Assembly: GCA_963849335.1 (NCBI GenBank)
Contig: CAWKGZ010000010.1
Coordinates: forward strand, 81,835-145,834
Reading direction: 5' to 3'
Length of the DNA: 64,000 nt
Source of the DNA: an uncultured Chloroflexia bacterium
GTDB lineage: Bacteria > Chloroflexota > Anaerolineae > Anaerolineales > UBA4823
Under the pieces are notes generated by a model. It saw nothing but the letters and a program-made list of their open reading frames with translations. It ran no database searches and was not told the origin of the DNA. Positions 11,289-21,085 of the stretch are shown here, one piece after another; position 1 is the first letter of the stretch; each line of letters opens with the position of its first letter. The position numbers and the translations under genes were made by a program.

Positions 11289-11378
11289 AGGAGTTTGGCA
11301 TTCTCACCCCCGTGTGCAAAGTTCCCGCCAGGTCAGCTTTGGCGAGCCCGTTCACCCCTGGTAGAAGGCCAAACTCCT
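11289..11378. promoter_or_regulatory. About 90 nt extended hairpin between the acs and hdr blocks (possible terminator, attenuator or structured RNA)
   Basis: AGGAGTTTGGC (11289-11299) and GCCAAACTCCT (11368-11378) form a perfect inverted repeat. There is an inner CGCCA/TGGCG stem, and TTATTAAT follows the hairpin. Confidence 0.5.
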
Positions 11379-11560
11379 TTATTAATCCGGAATATTACTT
11401 TTCTCTAAATTTCTTTGTACATCCATCACTTGAATTGCTGTCTGTCATCCGGTTTAATCAGATAATTAATACCTGATTTGTTCCAGTCCTATCAAAGGCT
11501 CCCAATCCTTGGGCGCTTCCATGAAGCTTATGCATCTTGATCCACATTGTAGGATAGGGT

Positions 11561-14500
11561 ATGCCAACCGAGATTACACGCAATGGAAAAACCACCTCTG
11601 CCGAAGCCCTCATTGTTGGAGGTGGAATTGGCGGCATGCGCGCCGCTCTAGACCTGGCAGATGCCGGCCTTAAAGTCTACCTGGTAGAACAGACACCTTG
11701 CCTTGGAGGCCGAGTCGCCCAGCTGGGTTACATGTTCCCCCAACACGACTGTGTATTATGTCGTGGTACACCGGATCATGGCTATGGTTGCACCCGTCCA
11801 TCCATCTCGCCTGCTTATATCCAAAATAATCAGCACCCCAACATTGAAATCCTCACCAATACTGTGGTGTTAGATATTGAAGGCCAGGCTGGCGATTTTA
11901 CCATCGCCCTACGCCAGGAACCGCGCTATGTAGATACCATCAGATGTATCAACTGCGGTTACTGCACCCAGGTTTGCCCGGTTGAGCTGCCCAATGAATA
12001 CCAGTTCGGCATGGTCACCCGTAAAGCCGCTTATAAAGTCGCTACCCGTGCTGCCCCCGACTCATATGTGATTGATAAAGGCCCTTATTGCGATCCTTGC
12101 GGAAAATGTGTTGAGATATGTCCTACCAAAGCCATTAACCTGAATGAACAACCCCGGCTGTATTCCATTGAAGTCGGCGCCATCATCCTGGCCCTTGGTT
12201 TTAAGATTTATGATGCCCACCACCTGGAAGAGCTGGGGTATGGGCGCTATGCCAATGTGGTTGAGTCAATGCAATACGAACGGCTTGCCAGCCGTTCTGG
12301 TCCAACCGAAGGCATCGTAACCCGACCATCCGACGGCAAAAAACCCCGCTCGATTGCCTGGCTGCAGTGCATTGGCTCGCGCGACCAGGAAAACCAATTT
12401 TGCTCATCCATCTGCTGCATGTATGGCACAAAAGAAGCCATGCTGGCCAAACAGCGTCTTGGTGAACAAATACAATGCAGCGTGTTCATCATGGATGAGC
12501 GCGCATTTAACAAAGAATATACCGCCTATTTCGAACAAGCACGTAATGAGCATAATATCCAATACCTCCGCTGCCGTGTCTCAGCCATCCGCGAAGATCC
12601 GATCACCCAGGATCTCATCCTGCAGTATGCCGACCCGAATGGAGTTATGCACCATGAGCGCTATGACATGGTGGTACTGGCAACCGGACTGCAGCCACCT
12701 GATTCAGCCCATCATTTTACCGAGATGCTTGATCTGGAGTTGAACGAATACGGCTTCTGTAAAACCGAAAAGTTTACCCCCCTCACCACCACACACTCTG
12801 GTGTGTTTGTCTGTGGTGCCTTCTCCACTCCCAAGGAAATATCCGAGACAATTATCGATGCCAGTGGAGCAGCCGGTGAGGTGATGCGTCTGCTCAACGA
12901 GCGCATGAATGCCCATCCCTACAACAGAGAGAATCCATTTCTCGCCCCGGCAGATCTGCCCCCCGAGCGGGATATTAGTGCTGAGCCAGTCCGCGCCGGA
13001 GTATTCTTCTGCACCTGTGCAGGCACGATGGGTGAAACCCTTAATTCTTCAATGTTAATTGAGCAGGTGTCCCGCTGGCCAGGCGTTGCCACAGTACAGT
13101 TGTTAGACGTTGCCTGCTTCCCTGATACCCTGGAGAAAATTCAGCAGACAATCCATGAAAAGCAACTTAATCGCGTGGTTGTAGCTGCGTGCAGCAACCG
13201 TACCCATGAGTCGCTCTTTCAACGCGCAGCTCGTATGGCTGGTTTGAATTCCTACCTGCTGGAGTTAGTCAACCTGCGCGATCAATGTAGTGTTGTCCAC
13301 CACAACCAACCTGGGATGGCTAACCGTAAAGCCCTGGAGTTGGTTCGCCTGGCTCTTGGCCGGTTAATGTCCGCACAGGCGGTACATAAACAGGCTTACA
13401 TCTGTACTCCAACCGCCCTGATTATTGGTGGAGGCCTCTCAGGCATGACCGCTGCCCTCTCCATCGGTGATAGTGGTTACGATGTTATTCTGGTTGAACG
13501 CAATGAGTACCTGGGTGGCAACCTACAAAACCTTTACTATGTCGCTGAAGGTTACAATCCGCGTCGCTTAGGCCGTGACCTGATCAACCGCGTCCGCGCT
13601 CACCGCCACATTACCACCTATGCTCGCACCGAAGTGATCCAACACACAGGTCATGTTGGGAATTTCACCTCTCTGCTGCGAACCACCCATCCTGACGGCG
13701 CATCGGATACCTTCCGGGTGGATCATGGCGTGACGATTGTTGCGACCGGCGGTCGTGAAACCCATGATCACCCATGGTTGGCTCACTCTAAAGTACTTAC
13801 CCAATCCGAACTTGAAGAGAAGATTATTCACAAACCGCAGGAAATCGCCACCCTGAAAAATGTGGTTATGCTCCAATGTGCGATACAGCCTGGCGAAACC
13901 ATTTACTGCTCCCGGATTTGCTGCACCAATGCCCTCAAGAATGCCATCCGCCTCAAGCTGTTCAACCCCGGCTGTAATGTATATGTGCTCTTCAAGAATA
14001 TCGTCACTTATGGTTTTCGCGAAGAATACTACACTGAAGCCCGACGGTTGGGTGTTATCTTCATCCGCTATACGGATGAAGCCCCCCCTGACCTGTTTGA
14101 GCAGAATGGCCAGTTGTTTGTTCGTGTTCGCGACTTATCCCTCGATCGTTGGCTGACTCTGCCGGCTGACCTGGTGCCATTAAGCACAGCAATCGCCCCC
14201 AATCCTGGTGCCAAGGAACTGGCGCACACCTTGCGCGTGCCAATTTCCAGTGAAGGTTTCTTTGAGGAGGCTCAAATAAAGCTTCGCCCCATGGATTTCA
14301 TGCGCGAGGGTATTTTCCTGGCTGGTATGGCGCACTACCCCAAGTTTATTGAAGAAAGCATAGCGCACGCTTCTGCCGCTGCCGCCCGCGCCCTCACGCT
14401 GCTCTCCCAGGGTACCCTCTACCTGGGCGGTATTGTTGCCGTTGTAGACCCCGATAAATGCGTTGGCTGTCTCACCTGCACCCGTACCTGCCCCTTCTCC

Positions 14501-14740
14501 ATCCCACAGGTCATTCAGCAGGAGGGACGCAACGGGGTTGGCGGTCTGGGCGGAGCCGCCTTCATTGATCCGGCTCAATGTCAGGGTTGTGGCACCTGCA
14601 CCGGTGAATGTCCAGCCAATGCTATCCAACTGATCAACTATACCGACACTCAAATGCTGATGCGCGACATCGGCGGTCTTGGCAGCTGGCTTCCTCAGCC
14701 CCAGGTAGCCTTTAACCATAGCCCAGGTAACCATATATGA
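11561..14740 (+). CDS. hdrA: Heterodisulfide reductase A-like protein with two tandem HdrA modules
   Basis: Two FAD motifs (GGGIGG and GGGLSG), two C..CC sites (QCIGSRD..CSSICC and CSRICC), inserted and C-terminal 2[4Fe-4S] ferredoxin motifs, and KLRPMDF..GIFLAG.AHYPK. Confidence 0.92.
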   Translation: MPTEITRNGKTTSAEALIVGGGIGGMRAALDLADAGLKVYLVEQTPCLGGRVAQLGYMFPQHDCVLCRGTPDHGYGCTRPSISPAYIQNNQHPNIEILTNTVVLDIEGQAGDFTIALRQEPRYVDTIRCINCGYCTQVCPVELPNEYQFGMVTRKAAYKVATRAAPDSYVIDKGPYCDPCGKCVEICPTKAINLNEQPRLYSIEVGAIILALGFKIYDAHHLEELGYGRYANVVESMQYERLASRSGPTEGIVTRPSDGKKPRSIAWLQCIGSRDQENQFCSSICCMYGTKEAMLAKQRLGEQIQCSVFIMDERAFNKEYTAYFEQARNEHNIQYLRCRVSAIREDPITQDLILQYADPNGVMHHERYDMVVLATGLQPPDSAHHFTEMLDLELNEYGFCKTEKFTPLTTTHSGVFVCGAFSTPKEISETIIDASGAAGEVMRLLNERMNAHPYNRENPFLAPADLPPERDISAEPVRAGVFFCTCAGTMGETLNSSMLIEQVSRWPGVATVQLLDVACFPDTLEKIQQTIHEKQLNRVVVAACSNRTHESLFQRAARMAGLNSYLLELVNLRDQCSVVHHNQPGMANRKALELVRLALGRLMSAQAVHKQAYICTPTALIIGGGLSGMTAALSIGDSGYDVILVERNEYLGGNLQNLYYVAEGYNPRRLGRDLINRVRAHRHITTYARTEVIQHTGHVGNFTSLLRTTHPDGASDTFRVDHGVTIVATGGRETHDHPWLAHSKVLTQSELEEKIIHKPQEIATLKNVVMLQCAIQPGETIYCSRICCTNALKNAIRLKLFNPGCNVYVLFKNIVTYGFREEYYTEARRLGVIFIRYTDEAPPDLFEQNGQLFVRVRDLSLDRWLTLPADLVPLSTAIAPNPGAKELAHTLRVPISSEGFFEEAQIKLRPMDFMREGIFLAGMAHYPKFIEESIAHASAAAARALTLLSQGTLYLGGIVAVVDPDKCVGCLTCTRTCPFSIPQVIQQEGRNGVGGLGGAAFIDPAQCQGCGTCTGECPANAIQLINYTDTQMLMRDIGGLGSWLPQPQVAFNHSPGNHI

Positions 14741-15231
14741 GTAATTCATTCAATTCCTTTGAGCCTGAAATCACTGCCTTTTATTGCATTTACTGCGGTT
14801 ATATGGCTGCGGACACGGCTGGTGCACTTAACCTACAATATCCAGCCAATGTCAAGTTCGTCCGCATGCCCTGTACCGGAAAAACCGACATACGCTACCT
14901 GCTTGAAGCCTTTGAGCAGGGTGCCGACGGTGTCTACGTGGTTGCCTGTCCCATTGGCAACTGTCACCACGTGCGTGGCAATGAGCGCGGGTTGGCCCGC
15001 CTCCAACGCGCCAAAAAGATCCTAGACGATATTGGCATTGGCGGAGACCGTTTGGATATGTTCTTCATGTCCGGCAGCCAGGCAAACATCTACGCTCAGG
15101 CAGCTATAACCATGACCGAGCGAATCAGGCGGTTAGGTCCCAATCCCCTCAAGCTGGCTGAGCTCCGTGCCAACCAGCCGCCTGGCGCTGATGAAGTCGA
15201 GGAAGAGTCGAACTATCGGCGGCGCAAATAA
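14737..15231 (+). CDS. mvhD: MvhD-type [2Fe-2S] hydrogenase delta subunit (Cys form)
   Basis: Motifs FYCIYCGYMAAD, MPCTGK and GADGVYVVACPIGNCHH..GN. The start overlaps the hdrA stop (ATGA). Confidence 0.92.
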   Translation: MSNSFNSFEPEITAFYCIYCGYMAADTAGALNLQYPANVKFVRMPCTGKTDIRYLLEAFEQGADGVYVVACPIGNCHHVRGNERGLARLQRAKKILDDIGIGGDRLDMFFMSGSQANIYAQAAITMTERIRRLGPNPLKLAELRANQPPGADEVEEESNYRRRK

Positions 15232-15283
15232 GAACCTATATGCTAAGCAATGTTCCCGCATCACAACTTAGGTTGTCACAAGG

Positions 15284-18200
15284 ATGAGTAATTTGGTTGG
15301 TAAACCTGAAAATCCGATCGGTGCGGTGATGGTCCTGGGCGGTGGTATTGCCGGCATGCAGGCATCCCTTGACCTGGCTGATCAAGGTTTCAAGGTTTTC
15401 CTGGTTGAGAAACAGTCCGCGATTGGCGGCAAAATGGCCCAGTTGGATAAGACTTTCCCCACCAATGACTGCGCCATGTGCACCATCTCTCCCAAGCTGG
15501 TGGAGACCGGTCGCCACCCCAACATCCATCTCATGACCAATTCTGAGCTGGTCTCCGTTTCCGGACAGGCTGGAAATTTCACCGTCGATATACACCACCA
15601 GCCGCGTTATATTGACCTGAGCAAATGCATTGCTTGCGGCGATTGTGCCAAAGTTTGTCCGGTGATCCGCCCTGATCAATTTAACCAATCGCTGAACGAT
15701 TGCCGGGCCGCCTACAAACTCTACCCGCAAGCTGTCCCCAATGCCTATGCCATTGAAAAACGAGGTATTGCCCCCTGTCGCGACGCCTGCCCCGCCGGGC
15801 AGCGTGCCCAGGGCTACATCGCCTTGATCCGTGAAGGGCGCTGGCAGGATGCCATGCGCGTCATCAAGATGGACAATCCCTTCCCGGGCATCTGCGGGCG
15901 CATTTGCAACCATCGCTGCGAGACAGCCTGTAATCGCGGCCTGGTGGATGAGCCAATCAACATCCGGGCACTAAAACGATTCGTCACCGACCAGGTTTAT
16001 GCTGAGCCCCGCCCGGAAATTCAACCGCTCCCCATCACCCATCCTGAGCAGCGTGTCGCCATAATCGGTGCCGGCCCTTGTGGGCTGACAGCCGCCCAGG
16101 ATATCATCCAGAACGGCTTTCCGGTAACTGTTTTTGAAGCCATGCCCGTTGCCGGTGGCATGCTCCGCCTCGGTGTGCCTGAATTCCGCCTGCCTGCCGA
16201 GATTATCGAACGAGAAGTACAGGATGTCATTGATCTGGGTGTAGAACTGCGTCTCAATACCCAGGTAAACAATCTGGATGATTTGTTCGCTGCCGGCTTC
16301 TCTGCGGTTCTGATTGCCGTCGGTGCCCACGAGGGCATTCGCTTACCCATCCCGGGTGCCAATCTGGATGGTGTTCTGATCAATACCCGCTTCCTCCGTG
16401 ATGTACGCCTGGGCAAGTACCAGGTTACCAATTGTTGGCCTGCAAACTGATCCCGCTGCCCCGCTTCTTGGCAAGCATGTCCTGGTGTTAGGCGGAGGAA
16501 ATGTAGCCATTGATGTCGCTCGCAGTGCCGTGCGCCTTGGTTGCCAGGTATCGATGGCCTGCCTTGAAGGCCAGGATCAAATGCCGGCCCACCCCTGGGA
16601 GGTTGAAGCCGCCCGGGCAGAAGGGATCACTCTGTATCCCAAACGCTCCTTCGAGCGCGTCCTCGGCGACCAAAATGGTCTTGTCACGGGCGTTGAGTGT
16701 ATGCATGTCAGCACTTTTTCCTTCGATGAAACCGGTCGCCTCAACGTAGAGAAGGTCAACGACTCAAACCATGTTCTCCCTTGCGACACAGTCATCTTTT
16801 CTGTCGGTCAGAGAGCCGGTCTGGCTTTCATCCCCGATGACGCCGGTGTCGGTCTGACCACCCGTAAAACCATCGCCGTCAATCCCAACACCTTTGCCGC
16901 CACCCGTCCGGGTGTTTTCGCTGCTGGCGACAGCGTTTCGGGCACTGCTTTTGTGATTGAGTCGGTAGACAGCGGTCATAAATCCGCCCAGGCAATTATC
17001 CGCTACCTGCAGGGCGATCATATGGAGCCGCCTCTCAAGCCCGAGCTTCCGGTGGTCCACCTTGAACCTGCAGAAATCCAGGACCGTTTGCTCAAGGGCG
17101 AGATTAAGCTCCAGCCGCGTATTCCTCTCCCCGAGCTGCCTGTGGAACGGCGCATGAACAACTTCGTCGAGGTGGAATCAGGCTACGATGAAGCCTCTGC
17201 CCAGGCCGAAGCCGCCCGCTGTCTTGCCTGCGGGATCTGTTCGGAGTGTATGTCCTGTGTCTTCGCTTGCGGTGTCAATGCAATCAACCATGACATGCCC
17301 GCAGAACAGGAACGTGTTCAGGTCGGCGCCATCATCCTCACCCCTGGATATGAGGCATATCCTGCCGAGCTCTCCGCAGAGTATGGTTTTGGGCGCTACC
17401 CGAATGTGCTCACCTCCTTACAATTCGAGCGTATGCTCTCTGCATCTGGGCCAACCATGGGCCACATTCAACGGCCCTCTGACCACAAGACGCCTGACCG
17501 GATAGCTTTCTTGCAGTGTGTCGGTTCGCGTGATAAGGATCATGATTATTGCTCTTCCGTTTGCTGCATGGTTTCCACCAAAGAAGCCATCATGGCCAAA
17601 GAGCACGAACGTCACTTGAACATCCAAATCTTCATGATGGATATGCGTGCCTTCTCAAAAGGCTATTCGGCTTATTACGAACGCGCCAGCCAGGCATACG
17701 GTATCCAATACACCCGCTGCCGGATCAGCGCCCTGCGCCAGGACCCATCTTCACAAGATTTGATCGTCACCTACCAGGACGAGTCTGGGCAACGCAACAG
17801 CGAAACATTTGACATGGTTGTACTCTCTGTGGGTATGCAGATCCCCGCATCTACCCGTGCCCTGGGTGGATTGTTGGATATTGAGCTTGATCAATATGGA
17901 TTCTGTCACACCCCAGGGTTGAATCCGCTTGAAACCATCCGCCCGGGTGTCTTTGCCGCTGGCCCCTTCCGCGAGCCAAAAGATATCCCTGAATCTGTGA
18001 TTGAAGCCAGCGCCGCAGCAGCCTCTGCCGCCTGCCTGGTAAGTCCAGCTCGCTTCTCGCTGACCACCCAAATTGAATTTCCCCCCGAGCGAGATGTGCA
18101 CAATGAACAGCCCCGCATTGGAATATTTGTCTGCCACTGCGGCTCGAATATTGGGGGTTACCTGGATGTCCCAACCGTCACCGAATACGCCGCTACATTA

Positions 18201-19901
18201 CCCAATGTGGTTCATGCTGAGAATAATCTCTACACCTGTTCACAGGATAGCATCCGCCATATCACCGAACAGATCCGGGAATATGACCTGAACCGGGTTG
18301 TAGTGGCCTCCTGTACTCCTCGTACCCACGAGCCACTATTCCAGGACAGCCTGCGCGCCGCAGGATTGAACCCCTACCTGTTCGAGATGGCCAATATACG
18401 TAATCACTGTTCCTGGGTTCACTCCTCGGATCGCCCCGCAGCCACACAAAAAGCTCGTGAATTGGTTCGCATGGCCGCCGCCCGGGCTGCCTTGCTCGAG
18501 CCTCAACAAACGATTCAGGTACCAGTCGAACACACCGCTTTGGTGATTGGCGCCGGCGCTGCTGGCATGACAACTGCCATCTCGCTCAGTCAGCAGGGCT
18601 TTCCTGTCCATCTGGTGGAGCGGTCATCAGAACCGGGTGGGAACCTGCACCATCTCTTCACCGCACCACCCCACATTCATCTGGATCATCCACGCCACCC
18701 CCAGATGGTTCTCCAATCCCTTATCCAGCAGGTGCACGCTGACCCTGGGATCACCCTACATCTAAACAGCGAGGTCCTTTCCACACGTGGCTTCACTGGC
18801 AATTTCGTCAGTACACTGCGTTCTGCGGATGGCTCACGCACCGAACTATCTCATGGAGCTACCATCCTCGCCACCGGCGCGGTCGAGTACCGTGGCAACG
18901 ATTATGGGTACGGTTCAGACCCCCGCATCTTGACCCAGCAAGAATTTGAAGCCTGCTATTTTGCCAACCCATCCAATGTGACCAATGCCTCGCTGCCCTC
19001 ATCGGTGGTGATGATCCAATGCATCGGTCCTGCCGAAACCACCTGCACCCGCATCTGTTGTACTTCTGCAATAAAAAATGCGCTTGCCCTCAAAGATAAA
19101 AATCCGTCCGCTGAGGTGGTAATCCTATATAAAGATATCCGCACCTACGGATTGCAGGAACAGCTCTACACCGAGGCTCGCCGTAGAGGTGTGCTCTTCA
19201 TCCGCTACGATACCGCCTCCCGTCCCCAGGTATCCGGTCACGGAATCTCAGACCAACCCCTCAGTGTGCAGGTATGGGAACCTCACCTTAATCGCACTAT
19301 CCTCCTCAACCCTGATCTATTGATCCTCTCCATGCCGGCCATTCCTCAGCCCGATGCCCACGAGTTGGCCGCCCGCTTCAAGGTTCCTGCGGATGCCAGC
19401 GGGTTCCTGCTTGAAGCCCATGTAAAACTCCGCCCGGTGGATTTTTCCAGCGATGGCATCTTCATGGCTGGGATGGCCCATTATCCCAAATCCCTTGATG
19501 AAAGTCTTGTCCAGGCTCAGGCAGCCGCCGCCAGAGCCGCCCGCATCCTTTCCCGTCAAACCATTTCTGCCGGTGGGAGGGTAGCGGTAGTGAACCCCGC
19601 CTTGTGCACAGGCTGCCTCACCTGCGTCCGCATCTGCCCATTCCATGTGCCCGTCATTTCACCCGACTTGGTTGGAGTCGGTGGTATCCGCGGTGCCGCG
19701 CAAATCGAAGCTGCCATCTGCCAGGGCTGTGGCTCCTGCGCAGCCGAATGCCCTGCGCGTGCCATCCAGTTGATGCATTACACTGATTCTCAAATGATTG
19801 CCAAAGTAGGAGCCTTATTAGAACTAGATACATCCCTGATCCCCCTGGCTGAGATTGCTGTCGCAGAACCGGACACCATGCCGTTTGGAGGTGTGTTATG
19901 A
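15284..19901 (+). CDS. hdrA: Giant HdrA/HdrL-like protein (~1540 aa) with an inserted GltD-like FAD/NAD(P)H module; apparent +1 insertion near 16430
   Basis: HdrA N-terminus LDKTFPTNDCAMC. The GltD-like module carries CRDACP..PFPGICGRIC..CETAC, GAGPCG and GGGNVAIDVAR. Tandem HdrA modules follow. ORFs 15284-16450 and 16398-19901 join in a +1 shift. Confidence 0.88.
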
Positions 19902-20344
19902 CCCCCACCCTTCAAATCGTCGCCTATGCCTGTGAACATTGTGCCTATAATGCTGCCGATCTGGCTGGGGGGCTGCGCATGCAATACCCCCCAACGATAA
20001 AGATCGTCCTTTTACCTTGTACGGGTCGCCTGGATGTGATCATGGTATTACACGCCCTGGAAGAAGGTGCCGACGGGATCATGGTCGCAGGTTGACTGCC
20101 CGGCGACTGTCATTACCTGGAAGGTAATGTAAATGCAAAAAGGCGAATTATATACATTAAATCATTACTCAAAGATATCGGGCTGGAACCGGATCGGGTC
20201 CAAATGTACCATATATCATCTGCCCAGGCAGCCCAGTTTGCCCAGGCTGCTACTGAGATGAACGACCGCATCACATCGCTTGGTCCTAATCCGCTGCGTA
20301 TGCCCAGAACACCCATCGGAAACACTGAACCGCCCAATGAATAA
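19898..20344 (+). CDS. mvhD: MvhD-type [2Fe-2S] protein, selenocysteine-containing (UGA 20093-20095), 148 aa
   Basis: It reads GADGIMVAG-UGA-LPGDCHYLEGN. The UGA sits at the conserved Cys seen in the paralog (VVACPIGNCHH). The frame stays open and MvhD-like to TAA at 20342-20344. Confidence 0.9.
20111..20129 (+). promoter_or_regulatory. Bacterial SECIS-like hairpin
   Basis: CATTACCT-GGA-AGGTAATG is a perfect 8 bp stem with a G-containing loop, starting at the 16th nt after the in-frame UGA. Confidence 0.75.
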
Positions 20345-20395
20345 GATCACAATTACCCCGTCAAGGGAATTGGAACCCTAAATAGGAGGTGGAAT

Positions 20396-21082
20396 ATGAT
20401 TGTAGCAGAGCAAAAATCCCTGGAAGAGCTAAAAACCCTGATCGGTGATGCCCGGAAAGTGCTGGTCGTCGGCTGCGGTACCTGCGTGACCGTCTGCTTT
20501 GCCGGCGGCGAGCGGGAGGCAGCCATCGTTTCATCATCGTTGCGCATGGCCAGCACCCTCGAAGGCCGGCCCAGGCAGATCCACGATGTTACGGTTCAAC
20601 GCCAGTGTGAATGGGAATATCTGGATCAAATCGCTGAACAGATCAGCGATGCAGATCTGGTTCTTTCCCTGGCTTGCGGAATTGGGGTCCAGGCGATCGC
20701 TGAACACTTCCCCAAGACCTGGGTTGTTCCAGGTTTGAACACCAGCTTTCTCGGTTTACCCAGTGAGCAGGGTGTTTGGGTAGAGCGCTGTGCGGCCTGC
20801 GGCGACTGCATCCTCGGCCTTACCGGTGGTATCTGCCCGATCGCCCGCTGCTCGAAATCCTTGCTGAATGGTCCTTGCGGTGGCTCCGAAAATGGGCATT
20901 GTGAAATTGACCCCGAAGTCGATTGCGCCTGGCAGCTCATCTATGATCGCCTCACCGCCATGGGAAAAACGCAGGTACTTTTCAACATCCAACCCATCAA
21001 AAATTGGCGTACTTCGCGGGATGGTGGTCCGCGCAAAATCGTCCGTCCAGATTTGCGCCTTGCTGCGGAACAGGAGGAATAA
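20396..21082 (+). CDS. metV: Methylenetetrahydrofolate reductase small subunit (MTHFR_C, Cys-rich)
   Basis: Motifs GCGTCVTVC, RQCE, LACGIG and CAACGDC..TGGICPIARCSKSLLNGPCGG....CE......CAW. Strong SD AGGAGG. Confidence 0.92.
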   Translation: MIVAEQKSLEELKTLIGDARKVLVVGCGTCVTVCFAGGEREAAIVSSSLRMASTLEGRPRQIHDVTVQRQCEWEYLDQIAEQISDADLVLSLACGIGVQAIAEHFPKTWVVPGLNTSFLGLPSEQGVWVERCAACGDCILGLTGGICPIARCSKSLLNGPCGGSENGHCEIDPEVDCAWQLIYDRLTAMGKTQVLFNIQPIKNWRTSRDGGPRKIVRPDLRLAAEQEE

Positions 21083-21085
21083 TCC

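Noticed and set aside
11289..11378. SRP RNA or tRNA-Sec identity for the 90 nt hairpin
   Set aside because: It lacks the SRP GGAA-tetraloop domain motif and has no tRNA T-loop or UCA anticodon arm.
11486..11560. SAM-I riboswitch upstream of the hdr-metVF block
   Set aside because: The resemblance is superficial (CTATCAA...ATGAAG...GATAG). The kink-turn/pseudoknot and GCAAC/GGTGC core are absent.
16448..16450. TGA ending the first hdrA2 ORF as a possible selenocysteine
   Set aside because: Homology continues in a different frame, the position is not a conserved Cys and no SECIS-like hairpin is evident.
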